This document shows positions 1-9,433 of a stretch of 32,000 nt of DNA, piece by piece. Under the pieces are notes generated by a model. The model made no database searches. It saw only the letters and a program-made list of their open reading frames with translations, and was not told the DNA's origin. A program made the translations under genes and the position numbers. This DNA is from Desulfotalea psychrophila LSv54. GTDB lineage: Bacteria > Desulfobacterota > Desulfobulbia > Desulfobulbales > Desulfocapsaceae. The stretch lies in NCBI RefSeq assembly GCF_000025945.1, contig NC_006138.1:2610001-2642000 (forward strand), in the 5' to 3' direction. Numbering within the stretch: the stretch's first letter is position 1; every line of letters starts with the position of its first letter.

Positions 1-487
1 GAATCATGAGGTCTAAGCCATGCTCTCTTATGAACTCTTCGGACTCAATGATAGCATACTGATCCCGCTCCTCCGCCCTGATATCCTCTATGGCCATGCC
101 AATATCTGCCACAGCCATCCGTGTTACCTCGGGAAACCTCTCATTAATATATTGGTGACACTGACGGAAAACTGAATCAGTACTGATGATGATCTTAATC
201 TGGCCAGGTGTTTTGCTAAGGCGCCCAAGGGAGAGATTGATAGGAAGAATAATATTATCGATCCAAGACCCACAGCCCATTTTTTCAACGAGGTGCCTAT
301 TTTTCTTTATCTCTCCTTCCCGGGTATTATAGACAGGAAGAACAATATAGTCGGCATCGCCATTAACAAAGGCCTGCTGAAGAGCCGTTACCTGTTGATA
401 TTCTACTATCCGGGCGCTAGGAGAGTAGAGACTGGCAGCTCGATGGCTGTTGGAAAATATTGGACCGAGGATTGCAATAACAGGCAT
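1..487 (-). CDS. Prephenate dehydratase-like protein, C-terminus truncated by window edge
   Basis: Manual minus-strand reading from ATG at 487: MPVIAILGPIFSNSHRAASLYSPSARIVEYQQVTALQQAFVNGDADYIVLPVYNTREGE...IILPINLSLG...IKIIISTDSVFRQCHQYINERFPEVTRMAVADIG. The layout resembles the prephenate dehydratase fold (G-x-x-F-S start, 'LPVYNTREG', 'LPINLSLG'). It is open to the window edge and absent from the ORF track because it is partial. Confidence 0.6.
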   Translation of the reverse strand, partial: MPVIAILGPIFSNSHRAASLYSPSARIVEYQQVTALQQAFVNGDADYIVLPVYNTREGEIKKNRHLVEKMGCGSWIDNIILPINLSLGRLSKTPGQIKIIISTDSVFRQCHQYINERFPEVTRMAVADIGMAIEDIRAEERDQYAIIESEEFIREHGLDLMI

Positions 488-788
488 AATCTATCTCTTA
501 CGTTTTTTGTTTGAGCAAGGGGTGAAAACAACAGCGTCAAGATAATCTTTCTCTCCTCTATGCTAGCCTCTAGCATAAAAAGAGATATTTAGACTAGCCC
601 TTCTCCCCGGCTAAAGCAACCATTTAGAAATTTGCCCCCAGGCCATAGCCTATCCCATACACGCCCTCCCCTCTCTTAGGATAGCGCCAAGCCCCCAAGG
701 CTGCATTGAAATTCAGTCCTCAACCGATAACTATTTAAGATAAATGGGCAAACAGCCCTAGACCTGAGTCACCAACAAAAAACAAAAA

Positions 789-824
789 AAAACGCCCTCT
801 GTTCTTTAGAACAGGGGGCGTTTC
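789..824 (-). terminator. Rho-independent terminator (probably for the SH3b gene)
   Basis: Hairpin AAACGCCcTCTGTTCT-TTAG-AACAGgGGGCGTTT with an A-run on its left side, i.e. a T-run when read on the minus strand. Confidence 0.75.
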
Positions 825-848
825 ATAACTAGTGAGACAGGGCTGCGA

Positions 849-1319
849 CTATTTTTGAGGCCAAAGAAGGGTCTTATATATCCAACCAACTGATCCCTGA
901 CTATGTTTAACCTTAACCCAACCATCTTTGACTGTAATTCTGGTCAGGACAACACCACGCTCAACTTCGGCAATAACGGGACTGTTCTTACCGGGACCTG
1001 ATCGCATATTGCCAGTTTTTTTAACATTAACAATAACGGTATCATTTTTTCTTACCAGAGGGGCATAAACCCAACCCCGGTCTTTTTCGTAGTCAACAAC
1101 CTCATACCAATCATTTTTTTTATTTACAACCCGCAGAGGCCACCCCTCAAAAAGCTCCATAACAATCTCTTCTTTGGTAGTAGGACCCTTACGGATGTTA
1201 ACCCCATCCTTGGCAATTGTCACAAATTGAGCAGCCTGACAGGAAAGAGAGAACAACAGAAAAAATAGTGCTAACGACAGGATAACAGTACGTTTAGTTT
1301 TAGCTATTGGTCTAGACAT
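849..1319 (-). CDS. Secreted bacterial SH3 (SH3b) domain protein
   Basis: N-terminal signal peptide (ILSLALFFLLFSLSCQA). Two SH3b-like repeats: 'VTIAKDGVNIRKGPTTKEEIV...GWPLRVVNKKNDWYEV' and 'VIVNVKKTGNMRSGPGKNSPVI...GWVKVKHSQGSVGWIYKTLLW'. Confidence 0.85.
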   Translation of the reverse strand: MSRPIAKTKRTVILSLALFFLLFSLSCQAAQFVTIAKDGVNIRKGPTTKEEIVMELFEGWPLRVVNKKNDWYEVVDYEKDRGWVYAPLVRKNDTVIVNVKKTGNMRSGPGKNSPVIAEVERGVVLTRITVKDGWVKVKHSQGSVGWIYKTLLWPQK

Positions 1320-1667
1320 ATTTTTTATTTTGTAATAGTAAAATTATTGCTATAAAAGTTGATTGCCATACCATAAAATTGACGATTAAGCATCATATTC
1401 TATTGCAAAGCAACATTCTCTAAGGCCTTGAAACTATAAAAGCTATAGCATTTCTATGACAATAAGTCAAATAGCTCTGTTTTCGACAAATAATCACCCC
1501 GGAATCTCCTCAGCGGACAGTCCACCCCTCTCTTAGCACATGCCAATGAGCTAAGGCATAGGAGAGAAACCATCTACTAAGCCATAAAGACCTCTTACAG
1601 CCTAGCAAAAAAGAAAGGTACTTGTCAAACGGGGAGGAGCACAATCTCTAAAACGGCGCAAGTGACA

Positions 1668-2600
1668 CTATTCAGCAGATGGTGGAGCAACTGACAGTCG
1701 CCTCTCACCAGGGGCAACCCGAACAGTGCTACCCAGCAAAAGGGGGTGATTATCCATGATATGTCCCGAACGAATACCTGCCAGAACAGGGATATTACGC
1801 TTGCCAACAATTTCCAGCAGCCGAGACCATACCATCTCCCTATGGCGCATTTTCTCCATTGAAGACTCATGTCCACTTACAGAAAAATCACCGAGGAGAA
1901 TCCCGGCAACATCTTTGAATTTGCCTGCATAGGCAAGTTGGGTCAACATTCTATCAATCCGATAAATGGGCTCACCCACGTCCTCTAAAAAGACAAACTT
2001 ATCTTTCCAGCTTATGTCAAAGGGAGTGCCCAGGACAGTGCTTAGGGAGGTGAGATTGCCGCCGACAAGTGTACCCGTACCGCCTGCCTCCCCGTGCAGT
2101 AGTTCCAGGTCACGCTCACAGAGCATCTGCTGAAGATCTCCCGTGAGCATTGCCTGAAGAGCTCGCACGGAGCTGCGAGATGCAGTTGCCAGAGAGGTGA
2201 CAACGGGTCCATGAATTGCTGGCAGACCGATCCTGTCGAGGAGGTAGTTTTGCAGAAGACTGATGTCTGAAAAGCCTAAAAGATATTTGGGTGTTTTCTT
2301 TATCTCTTTCAGCTCAAGAAATTCGAGCATGCGAAGTACGCCATAGCCACCCCGCATACAGATAAGCGCCTGCACCTCTTCATCTGCCCACATCTTATGA
2401 AATTCCAGGGCTCGATTCTCGTCGGTATCTGCCAGGTAATCACTACCGGGCCAGAGCTTACGAGGGAAACGGAGACGATAACCAAATCCTTCGAGTATAT
2501 GCAGCCCCTTGTAAAAGGCATCGCTGTTGCTAAGCCGGCCAGAGGGAGCAATGACACCAATGGTATCGCCTGGTTCCAGTGCTTTTGGTTGAAGAAACAT
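1668..2600 (-). CDS. ldcA: LD-carboxypeptidase (peptidase family S66)
   Basis: 'LEPGDTIGVIAPSGRL', 'ALICMRGGYGVLRML', 'PKYLLGFSDISLLQNYL', 'GPVVTSLA', 'GGNLTSLSTVLGTPF', 'GHIMDNHPLLLG'. The track ORF extends to 2657; the likelier start is MFLQPK at 2600. Confidence 0.9.
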   Translation of the reverse strand: MFLQPKALEPGDTIGVIAPSGRLSNSDAFYKGLHILEGFGYRLRFPRKLWPGSDYLADTDENRALEFHKMWADEEVQALICMRGGYGVLRMLEFLELKEIKKTPKYLLGFSDISLLQNYLLDRIGLPAIHGPVVTSLATASRSSVRALQAMLTGDLQQMLCERDLELLHGEAGGTGTLVGGNLTSLSTVLGTPFDISWKDKFVFLEDVGEPIYRIDRMLTQLAYAGKFKDVAGILLGDFSVSGHESSMEKMRHREMVWSRLLEIVGKRNIPVLAGIRSGHIMDNHPLLLGSTVRVAPGERRLSVAPPSAE

Positions 2601-2610
2601 TTTGTCCTGT

Positions 2611-3411
2611 TTATTGTTTTTTCTTGAGGGCATGAAGAATAAGCTCCATGGCATCAAGGGTCAGAAGCTTATCTATATGTTCAATTGTGGTGGTAAAGGG
2701 TTCAATAAGATTTGCCATGCCGCCGGTGGCAATGACCTCTGCCCGGCGCTTTCCACCAAGCATCTCCTTCTGAATACCTTCAACAATACCGTCAACCATT
2801 GCCCCATAACCATAGAGAATTCCGCTTTGCATAGCATGAACGGTGTTCTTGCCTATAAGAGAGGAAGGAACGTCGCGCACATCAACCATGGGTAGTTTTG
2901 CCGTTCTTGTGGCCAAGGCATCAAGGGAAATGGCAATGCCAGGAAGAATAACCCCGCCAATATAGACACAATCCGAGGTAACACAGTCAAAGGTGATTGC
3001 AGTGCCAAAATCAATGACAATAAGATCCGTTTTCCTTGTATGCCAGGCACCATAGGCATTAACAAGACGATCAATACCCACCTCATGTGGATTGTCTGTC
3101 TCCACCCGAACCAAGGGGGCAAGTTTTGTCACAGAGAGATCCATTACAGGTTGGTTCAAGTGCTTGCCAAAATGCCTCTCGCAGCAACGAATCCAGGCTG
3201 AAGAGAGGGTGGGTACCACACTTGCCAGAACTATATCTGTGATTTGCCGGGGATCGATGCCCTCCATAATAAATAGGCCATGATAACGAATAGCAAGTTC
3301 ATCAGAAGTTCTGTCCCTGTCCGTTTTCAATCGCCAATGACCAATTAATTTTCCATGGTCGTATAATCCTGTTACTGTATGTGAGTTACCAACATCTATA
3401 ACTAAAATCAT
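2611..3411 (-). CDS. coaX: Type III pantothenate kinase
   Basis: MILVIDVGNSHTVTGLYD start, 'NPHEVGIDRLVNAYGA', 'DLIVIDFGTAITFDCV', 'GGVILPGI', 'ATGGMANLI'. ATG assigned at 3411 instead of the longer track ORF start. Confidence 0.93.
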   Translation of the reverse strand: MILVIDVGNSHTVTGLYDHGKLIGHWRLKTDRDRTSDELAIRYHGLFIMEGIDPRQITDIVLASVVPTLSSAWIRCCERHFGKHLNQPVMDLSVTKLAPLVRVETDNPHEVGIDRLVNAYGAWHTRKTDLIVIDFGTAITFDCVTSDCVYIGGVILPGIAISLDALATRTAKLPMVDVRDVPSSLIGKNTVHAMQSGILYGYGAMVDGIVEGIQKEMLGGKRRAEVIATGGMANLIEPFTTTIEHIDKLLTLDAMELILHALKKKQ

Positions 3412-3920
3412 AAAAAATCCTTCAAAACAAAAAGCTGTCTCCAGGGGAGACGGATAAATAATTACGTGAACAGCTACCAACAGCGTTTTATGTAGATCTT
3501 CTCTTTGCAAACGGAACACGACTGGCGTATAACGTGCATGCTACTTTTTTGCCATACTGATCACGATATGTAAAGCTACTATCCTGTAGAGGACGCGCTA
3601 ACATAGTATAGTATTTTAAAAATGGAAATAGAGGATAGGACAAAAAAGGGTTATTATCATGAGCGAAAGACCGGAGCAGAACAGAAAAAAAGAGTCCACG
3701 CCTGATTTGTTATTAAAAACGCCTTAAAATTACAGCAAACCTTGACGCTGTCCAAAAAAAATCCCGCTCAGACAAGGCCTACTATGGGAAAAGCAATAAA
3801 ACCGATGAGCAAGATCATAGGGTGGTTGAAGATCTGCAAGAAAAGATGCATCATAATGATATATCCAAGAGAGTTGCTTTTAACACTAATAATATTCTGA
3901 TTAAGTAAGCGAGGTCTGTG

Positions 3921-4133
3921 ATGCCTGAAGATAAACCTGTACAAAAAAAAAGCTGGAGGCAGCGGAAGATCGGTGAGTACCAATGTCACTGCTGTAAAGA
4001 AAAGAAACCATTTTGCTGGAGCTGTCCCTGTGGCTTTCAAATTTGCCCGGAATGCTTTGAGGAAAACAAGTGGGGTATGAGCAATGGCCCGACATGGATC
4101 TGCCCGGACTGTGAAAGAATTCGAATGATGTAG
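3921..4133 (+). CDS. Small Cys-rich (zinc-ribbon/knuckle-like) protein
   Basis: 70-aa ORF with clustered cysteines: YQCHCC...FCWSCPCGFQICPECF...WICPDC. Basic N-terminus. Starts at the ATG one codon after the track's GTG. Confidence 0.6.
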   Translation: MPEDKPVQKKSWRQRKIGEYQCHCCKEKKPFCWSCPCGFQICPECFEENKWGMSNGPTWICPDCERIRMM

Positions 4134-4231
4134 AAGCAAAACGGTAGCCAGTGGTTGCGGATTTTTGCTAAATATAATACAATGCCTATCCCGATCGATT
4201 CCCCCATAAAACCTCATGTACTTTATAAACT

Positions 4232-6073
4232 ATGACATCAACACCTTCTAATTACGACGAAAGCAAGATCAAAACACTCAGCTCACTGGAGCATATCAGG
4301 AAGCGCCCTGGGATGTATATTGGCCGCCTTGGTAATGGCTCTCACCAGGACGATGGTATCTATATTCTCCTCAAGGAGGTAGTGGATAACGCTGTTGATG
4401 AGTTCATCATGGGTGCCGGTAAAAAAATTGATGTTGCAGTGAGCGAAGAGGGCCGGGTCCGGGTACGTGATTATGGTCGTGGAATTCCACTTGGTAAACT
4501 TGTAGACTGTGTTTCTGTCATCAATACGGGAGCTAAGTATAATACCGATGTTTTTCAATTTTCAGTAGGTCTCAATGGAGTTGGAACCAAGGCCGTCAAT
4601 GCCCTCTCCGATGAGTTCACCGTAACAGCCTACCGTGATGGCAAGTATGCTTCGGCAACCTTTAGCCAGGGAAAGTTACAGCATAAGGAAGAGGGGGAAA
4701 GCGAGGAGAAGAATGGCACTCTGATTAATTTCTTACCTTCAAGAGATATGTTTCCTGAATTTTCCTATGACTCAGACTTTGTCTCTAGAAGAATGTGGCG
4801 CTATGCCTATCTTAATGCCGGCCTAAAGCTCTATTTTAATAAGTCTCTTTTTTATTCCAAAGAGGGCCTACGGGATCTGCTGGCCAAGGAGCTCAGTGAC
4901 TCCAACCTCTATGAGCCGATCTATTATAAGGATGAGACCCTCGAATTTGCCTTTGCCCATACAGATTCTTTTAACGATAGTTACTATACCTTTGTTAACG
5001 GCACCTATACCAGTGAGGGTGGCACCCATCTCTCTGCCTTTCGCGAGGGTGTACTGAAGGGAGTCAATGAGTTTTCCGGCAAGAAATTCGTTAATACCGA
5101 TGTGCGCGATGGCATTGTCGGCACCCTGGCTGTCAAGGTAAAAGAGCCTGTTTTCGAGTCTCAAACCAAGAACAAACTGGGCAATACCGAGGTCCGCTCC
5201 TGGATCGTAAATAAGGTGCGCGAGGCTGTCTCCAGTGAACTCTATAAACATAGTGACACCGCTGAGATTCTCCTCGATAAAATTCAGCGCAATGAAAAGG
5301 TGCGTAAAGAGCTGCAGAGCGTCCGTAAGGAGGCAAAGGCCCGGGCTAAAAAAGTCTCCCTGAAGATCCCCCAACTTAAGGACTGTAAATACCATCCCGC
5401 CAAAAATGCCCCCTCAGCGGCGGGCAGGGAGAATATGGTCTTTATCACCGAGGGACAATCAGCGGCAGGCTCCATTGTCTCCTCCCGTGACCCCCTGATA
5501 CAGGCAGTATTTTCCATGAAAGGTAAGCCCCTTAACGTCCTGGGACATCAGCTGGCAACGCTCTATAAAAATGAAGAGATGTATGCGCTTATGCGTACCC
5601 TCAATATAGAGCACTCCATCAGTGACCTGCGTTTTGACAAGGTAATTATGGCAACGGATGCCGACGTCGATGGTCTGCATATTCGAAATCTACTCCTGAC
5701 CTTTTTTCTCCATTACTTTGAGCCACTGGTTAAATTGGGCCATGTGTATATTCTTGAGACCCCCATTTTCCGAGTACGGAATAAGGCTGAGACCATCTAC
5801 TGCTATTCGGAAAAAGAAAAAAATGCCGCCCAAAAAAAATTGGGCGGTCAGGGGAAGAAAAAACTCAATGTGGAGATGACCCGCTTTAAGGGACTTGGTG
5901 AGATTTCCCCCAAGGAGTTCAAACAGTTCATCGGTGATGATATTCGCCTGAAGAGTGTGACCTTGGACTCTATCAGTGAGGTTGCCAAGGTTCTCTCCTT
6001 TTATATGGGCAAGAATACCCCGGAGAGAAAGCAGTATATCATGGACAATCTGGTGGTAGATCCGGAGCAGTAG
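4232..6073 (+). CDS. parE: DNA topoisomerase IV subunit B (type IIA topoisomerase ATPase subunit)
   Basis: GHKL motifs 'IRKRPGMYIG', 'LKEVVDNAVDE', 'DYGRGIPLGK', 'GLNGVGTKAVNALS'; transducer 'GGTHLSAFREGV'; TOPRIM 'VFITEGQSAAGS' and 'IMATDADVDGLHIRNLLLTFF'. Confidence 0.93.
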   Translation: MTSTPSNYDESKIKTLSSLEHIRKRPGMYIGRLGNGSHQDDGIYILLKEVVDNAVDEFIMGAGKKIDVAVSEEGRVRVRDYGRGIPLGKLVDCVSVINTGAKYNTDVFQFSVGLNGVGTKAVNALSDEFTVTAYRDGKYASATFSQGKLQHKEEGESEEKNGTLINFLPSRDMFPEFSYDSDFVSRRMWRYAYLNAGLKLYFNKSLFYSKEGLRDLLAKELSDSNLYEPIYYKDETLEFAFAHTDSFNDSYYTFVNGTYTSEGGTHLSAFREGVLKGVNEFSGKKFVNTDVRDGIVGTLAVKVKEPVFESQTKNKLGNTEVRSWIVNKVREAVSSELYKHSDTAEILLDKIQRNEKVRKELQSVRKEAKARAKKVSLKIPQLKDCKYHPAKNAPSAAGRENMVFITEGQSAAGSIVSSRDPLIQAVFSMKGKPLNVLGHQLATLYKNEEMYALMRTLNIEHSISDLRFDKVIMATDADVDGLHIRNLLLTFFLHYFEPLVKLGHVYILETPIFRVRNKAETIYCYSEKEKNAAQKKLGGQGKKKLNVEMTRFKGLGEISPKEFKQFIGDDIRLKSVTLDSISEVAKVLSFYMGKNTPERKQYIMDNLVVDPEQ

Positions 6074-6144
6074 GCCATTAAAAAAACAGGTGAACCCGGA
6101 AGAGGGTTCATCATTATGAGAAAATTCAGTAAAAGATAGATAAT

Positions 6145-8136
6145 ATGGATAACGTGCCGGGCAAGTTGCACCAACTATTTGAATATAATTTTCTTGAATA
6201 TACATCCTATGTTATTCGAGAACGTGCCATTCCTGCCATAGATGATGGGTTAAAACCCGTACAGAGACGGATCTTACAGACCCTCTTCAACATGGAGGAC
6301 GGCAGGTTTCACAAGGTCGCCAACCTTGTCGGAGAGACAATGAAGCTGCATCCCCACGGTGATGCCTCTATCTTTTCCGCTCTGGTAAATCTTGCCAACA
6401 AGGGTTTTCTCATTGAGCGACAGGGAAATTTCGGCAACATCTTCACAGGCGATTCTGCATCCGCTCCTCGTTATATCGAGTGTCGGCTCTCACCTCTTGC
6501 CAAAGAGGTGCTCTTCAACAAAGACATTACAGAGTTCATTGACTCCTATGATGGTCGTATGGTTGAGCCGGTAACCCTGCCCGCCAAGCTCCCTCTTCTC
6601 CTCCTCCAGGGTGCTGAGGGTATTGCCGTTGGCATGGCCACCAAGATCATGCCCCATAATTTTTGTGAGCTTCTTCAGGCCCAAAAGGCTGTTTTACTAG
6701 ATGAAGAGTTTACCCTCTATCCAGATTTCCCTCAGGGAGGCCTGGTGGATGTCAGCGGCTACGAAGATGGTAATGGCAAGATCAAATGCCGGGCACGCAT
6801 CCGTGAGCTTAATGAAAAGACCATCATCATTGATGAGATCCCCTATAGCACCACCACCCAGTCCCTCACCGACTCCATTGAAAAAGCGGCTAAGGCAGGG
6901 AAAATAAAAATTATCTCAATCAATGACTATACCGCCGAAAAGGTGGAGATAGAGATCAAGGTGGCCCGAGGAATTTATGCCAAGGACACCATAAAGGCCC
7001 TCTATGCCTTTACCGACTGCGAAGTACCTATTTCGCCTAATCTCACCCTGATTAAAGGCAAAACCCCTGCCACTAGCAGTGTCCGTGAGGTCATCGAGTA
7101 TAATACCCTTAAACTCAAGGCTGATTTAACAAAAGAGCTGGAGATCAATCTGGCCCGCCTTGAAGAAAAACTCCATGCCCGTCTTCTTGAACAGATCTTC
7201 ATAGAGCAGAGACTTTATAAGAACATTGAAGAGGAGACCAGCTATGAATCGATCATGGCCAGTGTTGACACAGCCCTGATTCCCTTCCGTTCAGAACTTT
7301 TCCGCGATGTAACGGAGGAGGATGTTACCAGGCTACTGGAGATACGCATCAAACGAATATCCCGTTTTGACATTAACAAACAGGACAAAGAAATTCGGGC
7401 CATCCGCAAGGATATTAAGGCAATTAAGATCTCTCTTAAGGATATGGTTGCCTTTACCATTGCAAGTATCGATAAGTTGCTCGCTAAGTATGGGGAAAAT
7501 TATCCGAGAAAGACAGAGATTAAACAGTTCAGCGAGGTTGTGGTACGCAAAATTGCCCTCTCTAATCTGACCGTTGGCTATAGTAGGGAAACGGGTTTTC
7601 TCGGTCATAGTGTCAAGGGTGAAGAGGAGGAGGACTTTTCTGTCACCTGTTCCGAATACGATAGGCTCTTTCTTATTTACTCAGACGGTCGTTATAAGGT
7701 TATTCCTGTGACCGATAAGGTCTTTGCCGGCACAGATCTTAAATATATTGGCATTGTTCCAAGCGAACAGGTCTTTAATATTGTCTACCGTGACGGCAAT
7801 GAAAATTTTGCCTATGTGAAACGTTTTAATACCCCTAAGTTCATCCTCGAAAAAGAGTATCACCTCTTCCCCGAGCATAAACGATCAAAAATTCTCCTGA
7901 TGAGTTTTGGTGAAGAAAAATACGCTCGGGTAAACGTGATGCCATCCGCTCGAGCCAAGACCAATACCTTTCATGTTGCCTTTGATGACTATCTAGTTAA
8001 AGGGGCCAGCGCTAAGGGGAAACGAGTTTCTCCTCGTGTTGTCCGCAGGGTTTTAACTGCAGGCCCGCCGACTGAGCCTAAAAAAACTACACAGAACCTC
8101 TCTCTGCTCACCGATGTGGAGAAGAGAGAAGAGTAA
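6145..8136 (+). CDS. parC: DNA topoisomerase IV subunit A
   Basis: 'YTSYVIRERAIPAIDDGLKPVQRRIL', 'GETMKLHPHGDASIFSALV', 'RQGNFGNIFTGDSASAPRYIECRLSPLA' (catalytic Tyr), 'AEGIAVGMATKIMPHNF'. Confidence 0.93.
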   Translation: MDNVPGKLHQLFEYNFLEYTSYVIRERAIPAIDDGLKPVQRRILQTLFNMEDGRFHKVANLVGETMKLHPHGDASIFSALVNLANKGFLIERQGNFGNIFTGDSASAPRYIECRLSPLAKEVLFNKDITEFIDSYDGRMVEPVTLPAKLPLLLLQGAEGIAVGMATKIMPHNFCELLQAQKAVLLDEEFTLYPDFPQGGLVDVSGYEDGNGKIKCRARIRELNEKTIIIDEIPYSTTTQSLTDSIEKAAKAGKIKIISINDYTAEKVEIEIKVARGIYAKDTIKALYAFTDCEVPISPNLTLIKGKTPATSSVREVIEYNTLKLKADLTKELEINLARLEEKLHARLLEQIFIEQRLYKNIEEETSYESIMASVDTALIPFRSELFRDVTEEDVTRLLEIRIKRISRFDINKQDKEIRAIRKDIKAIKISLKDMVAFTIASIDKLLAKYGENYPRKTEIKQFSEVVVRKIALSNLTVGYSRETGFLGHSVKGEEEEDFSVTCSEYDRLFLIYSDGRYKVIPVTDKVFAGTDLKYIGIVPSEQVFNIVYRDGNENFAYVKRFNTPKFILEKEYHLFPEHKRSKILLMSFGEEKYARVNVMPSARAKTNTFHVAFDDYLVKGASAKGKRVSPRVVRRVLTAGPPTEPKKTTQNLSLLTDVEKREE

Positions 8137-8144
8137 ACGTTCAT

Positions 8145-8181
8145 AAAAAATCCCCTGGATCTTCATCCTGGGGATTTTTTT
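8145..8181 (+). terminator. Rho-independent terminator after parC
   Basis: AAAAAATCCCCTGGAT-CTTC-ATCCTGGGGATTTTTTTT just after the parC stop; long stem with one mismatch and a U-tract. Confidence 0.9.
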
Positions 8182-8193
8182 TACCTTTAACCA

Positions 8194-8805
8194 GTGACCA
8201 TGCCCCATAATATACAGTTTTATAACGACAATGCCCCTAAGCAGGCGGAGATCTATCAAAAGATTTCCGCTCAACAGGCAAACAGAGCCTGGCAGAAATA
8301 CTGGCCTAGCCGGGGAGAACGGGTTCTGGACGTCGGTGCCGGTTGTGGAAGGGATGCCCGCTGGTATGCTCTTGGTGGTTGCCCTGTTGTAGCCGTTGAA
8401 CCTGCAAAGAAGTTACTCGCTATAGGCAGTCTCTACACAAAAGGATTGGAGGTTGACTGGTTAGAGGATAGTCTGCCCGGTCTAAGCCGGTTAGATTCAA
8501 GGCTTCACTTTGACCTTATTGTCCTGGGAGCCGTATGGATGCATATTCCTCCGCAAGATCGGGCCAAGACATACCATCGCCTCACCTCCCTGCTGACCTG
8601 TACTGGACGAATAGTCATCACACTACGCCACGGGCCCTTTAACGACCAGCGGACAAGCCATGGTGTCTGTGCAAGCGAACTCATTCAATTAGGACAAGGC
8701 AAGGGTATGACCTGCCTGCATAAAACAGAGACGAGCGATCTTCTGGGCCGGGGAGAGGTAAAATGGCAAACCGTAGTACTTGGTTTTGCTAAGAACAACA
8801 CCTAA
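8194..8805 (+). CDS. Class I SAM-dependent methyltransferase
   Basis: Motif I 'RVLDVGAGCGRDARWYALGGCPVVAVEPAKKLL', followed by 'FDLIVLGAVWMHIPP' and 'GRIVITLRHGP'. ATG at 8200 is an alternative start. Confidence 0.88.
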   Translation: MTMPHNIQFYNDNAPKQAEIYQKISAQQANRAWQKYWPSRGERVLDVGAGCGRDARWYALGGCPVVAVEPAKKLLAIGSLYTKGLEVDWLEDSLPGLSRLDSRLHFDLIVLGAVWMHIPPQDRAKTYHRLTSLLTCTGRIVITLRHGPFNDQRTSHGVCASELIQLGQGKGMTCLHKTETSDLLGRGEVKWQTVVLGFAKNNT

Positions 8806-8817
8806 CGCTGCTGGGAG

Positions 8818-9201
8818 TTAGTCCCAGAGCTCCTTAGGTTGGCCATAGAGCCGAACAAAATTTTCGTCGGACATGGTGAGCAAAATAACAAATTCCACCA
8901 ATCCAATAATGGCAGGGATAGCTGTCCAAAAAAAGAGTAGATATAAAAAGCCTAAACCCATCTGTCCCAAATAAAATTTATGGGCTCCGAAGCCACCAAG
9001 AATAAAGGCAAGGAGGGCGGCAACAATTCTATTTTTGCCATTTGGTGCCGTTATCCCGAAGGGATTGGGCGCTGGCATTTGCCGTACCCCGCAATAAGGA
9101 CATATCTCCGCATTAAGCTTGATAATTTCGCCGCAGTCACTGCAAAACTTTTCGTCTGTATTTTTTATTTTACAGCCCATGTTATTTTCCATAAGCGTCA
9201 C
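8818..9201 (-). CDS. Zinc-ribbon plus TM2 domain membrane protein
   Basis: 'KFCSDCGEIIKLNAEICPYCG' zinc ribbon followed by 'NRIVAALLAFILGGFGAHKFYLGQMGLGFLYLLFFWTAIPAIIGLVEFVILL' (TM2). Confidence 0.88.
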   Translation of the reverse strand: MTLMENNMGCKIKNTDEKFCSDCGEIIKLNAEICPYCGVRQMPAPNPFGITAPNGKNRIVAALLAFILGGFGAHKFYLGQMGLGFLYLLFFWTAIPAIIGLVEFVILLTMSDENFVRLYGQPKELWD

Positions 9202-9377
9202 TTCCCGTGTTTTATATATATGGTTGTTTTCTTGTCATTGCCTCTAATAAATATATGATACTGGGGATAAGAAAGACAAGTATTACCTTGAATTATTACT
9301 GAACTTTTATCAGATTTTCTGGCTGAAGAGACAAACTTTAATTCTCACCGAAAAAGCTCTGACACTTTGAACAAAAA

Positions 9378-9409
9378 AAAGGCTCAATAGCAGAAGCTAT
9401 TGAGCCTGG
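9378..9409 (-). terminator. Rho-independent terminator downstream of the mla operon
   Basis: AAAAAAAAGGCTCAATAG-CAGAAG-CTATTGAGCCT: perfect 11-bp stem with a T-run when read on the minus strand. Confidence 0.85.
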
Positions 9410-9433
9410 AGGACACTTAGGGGCAAGGCAGAG

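Noticed and set aside
3768-4217. 149-aa minus-strand ORF antisense to the Cys-rich small gene
   Set aside because: No recognisable motif, low-complexity hydrophobic content, and it fully overlaps the more convincing plus-strand Cys-rich ORF.
4868-5395. 175-aa minus-strand ORF inside parE, plus similar shadow ORFs in parC (5690-6205, 7242-7608)
   Set aside because: Antisense shadow ORFs within strongly supported topoisomerase genes; no domain signal.
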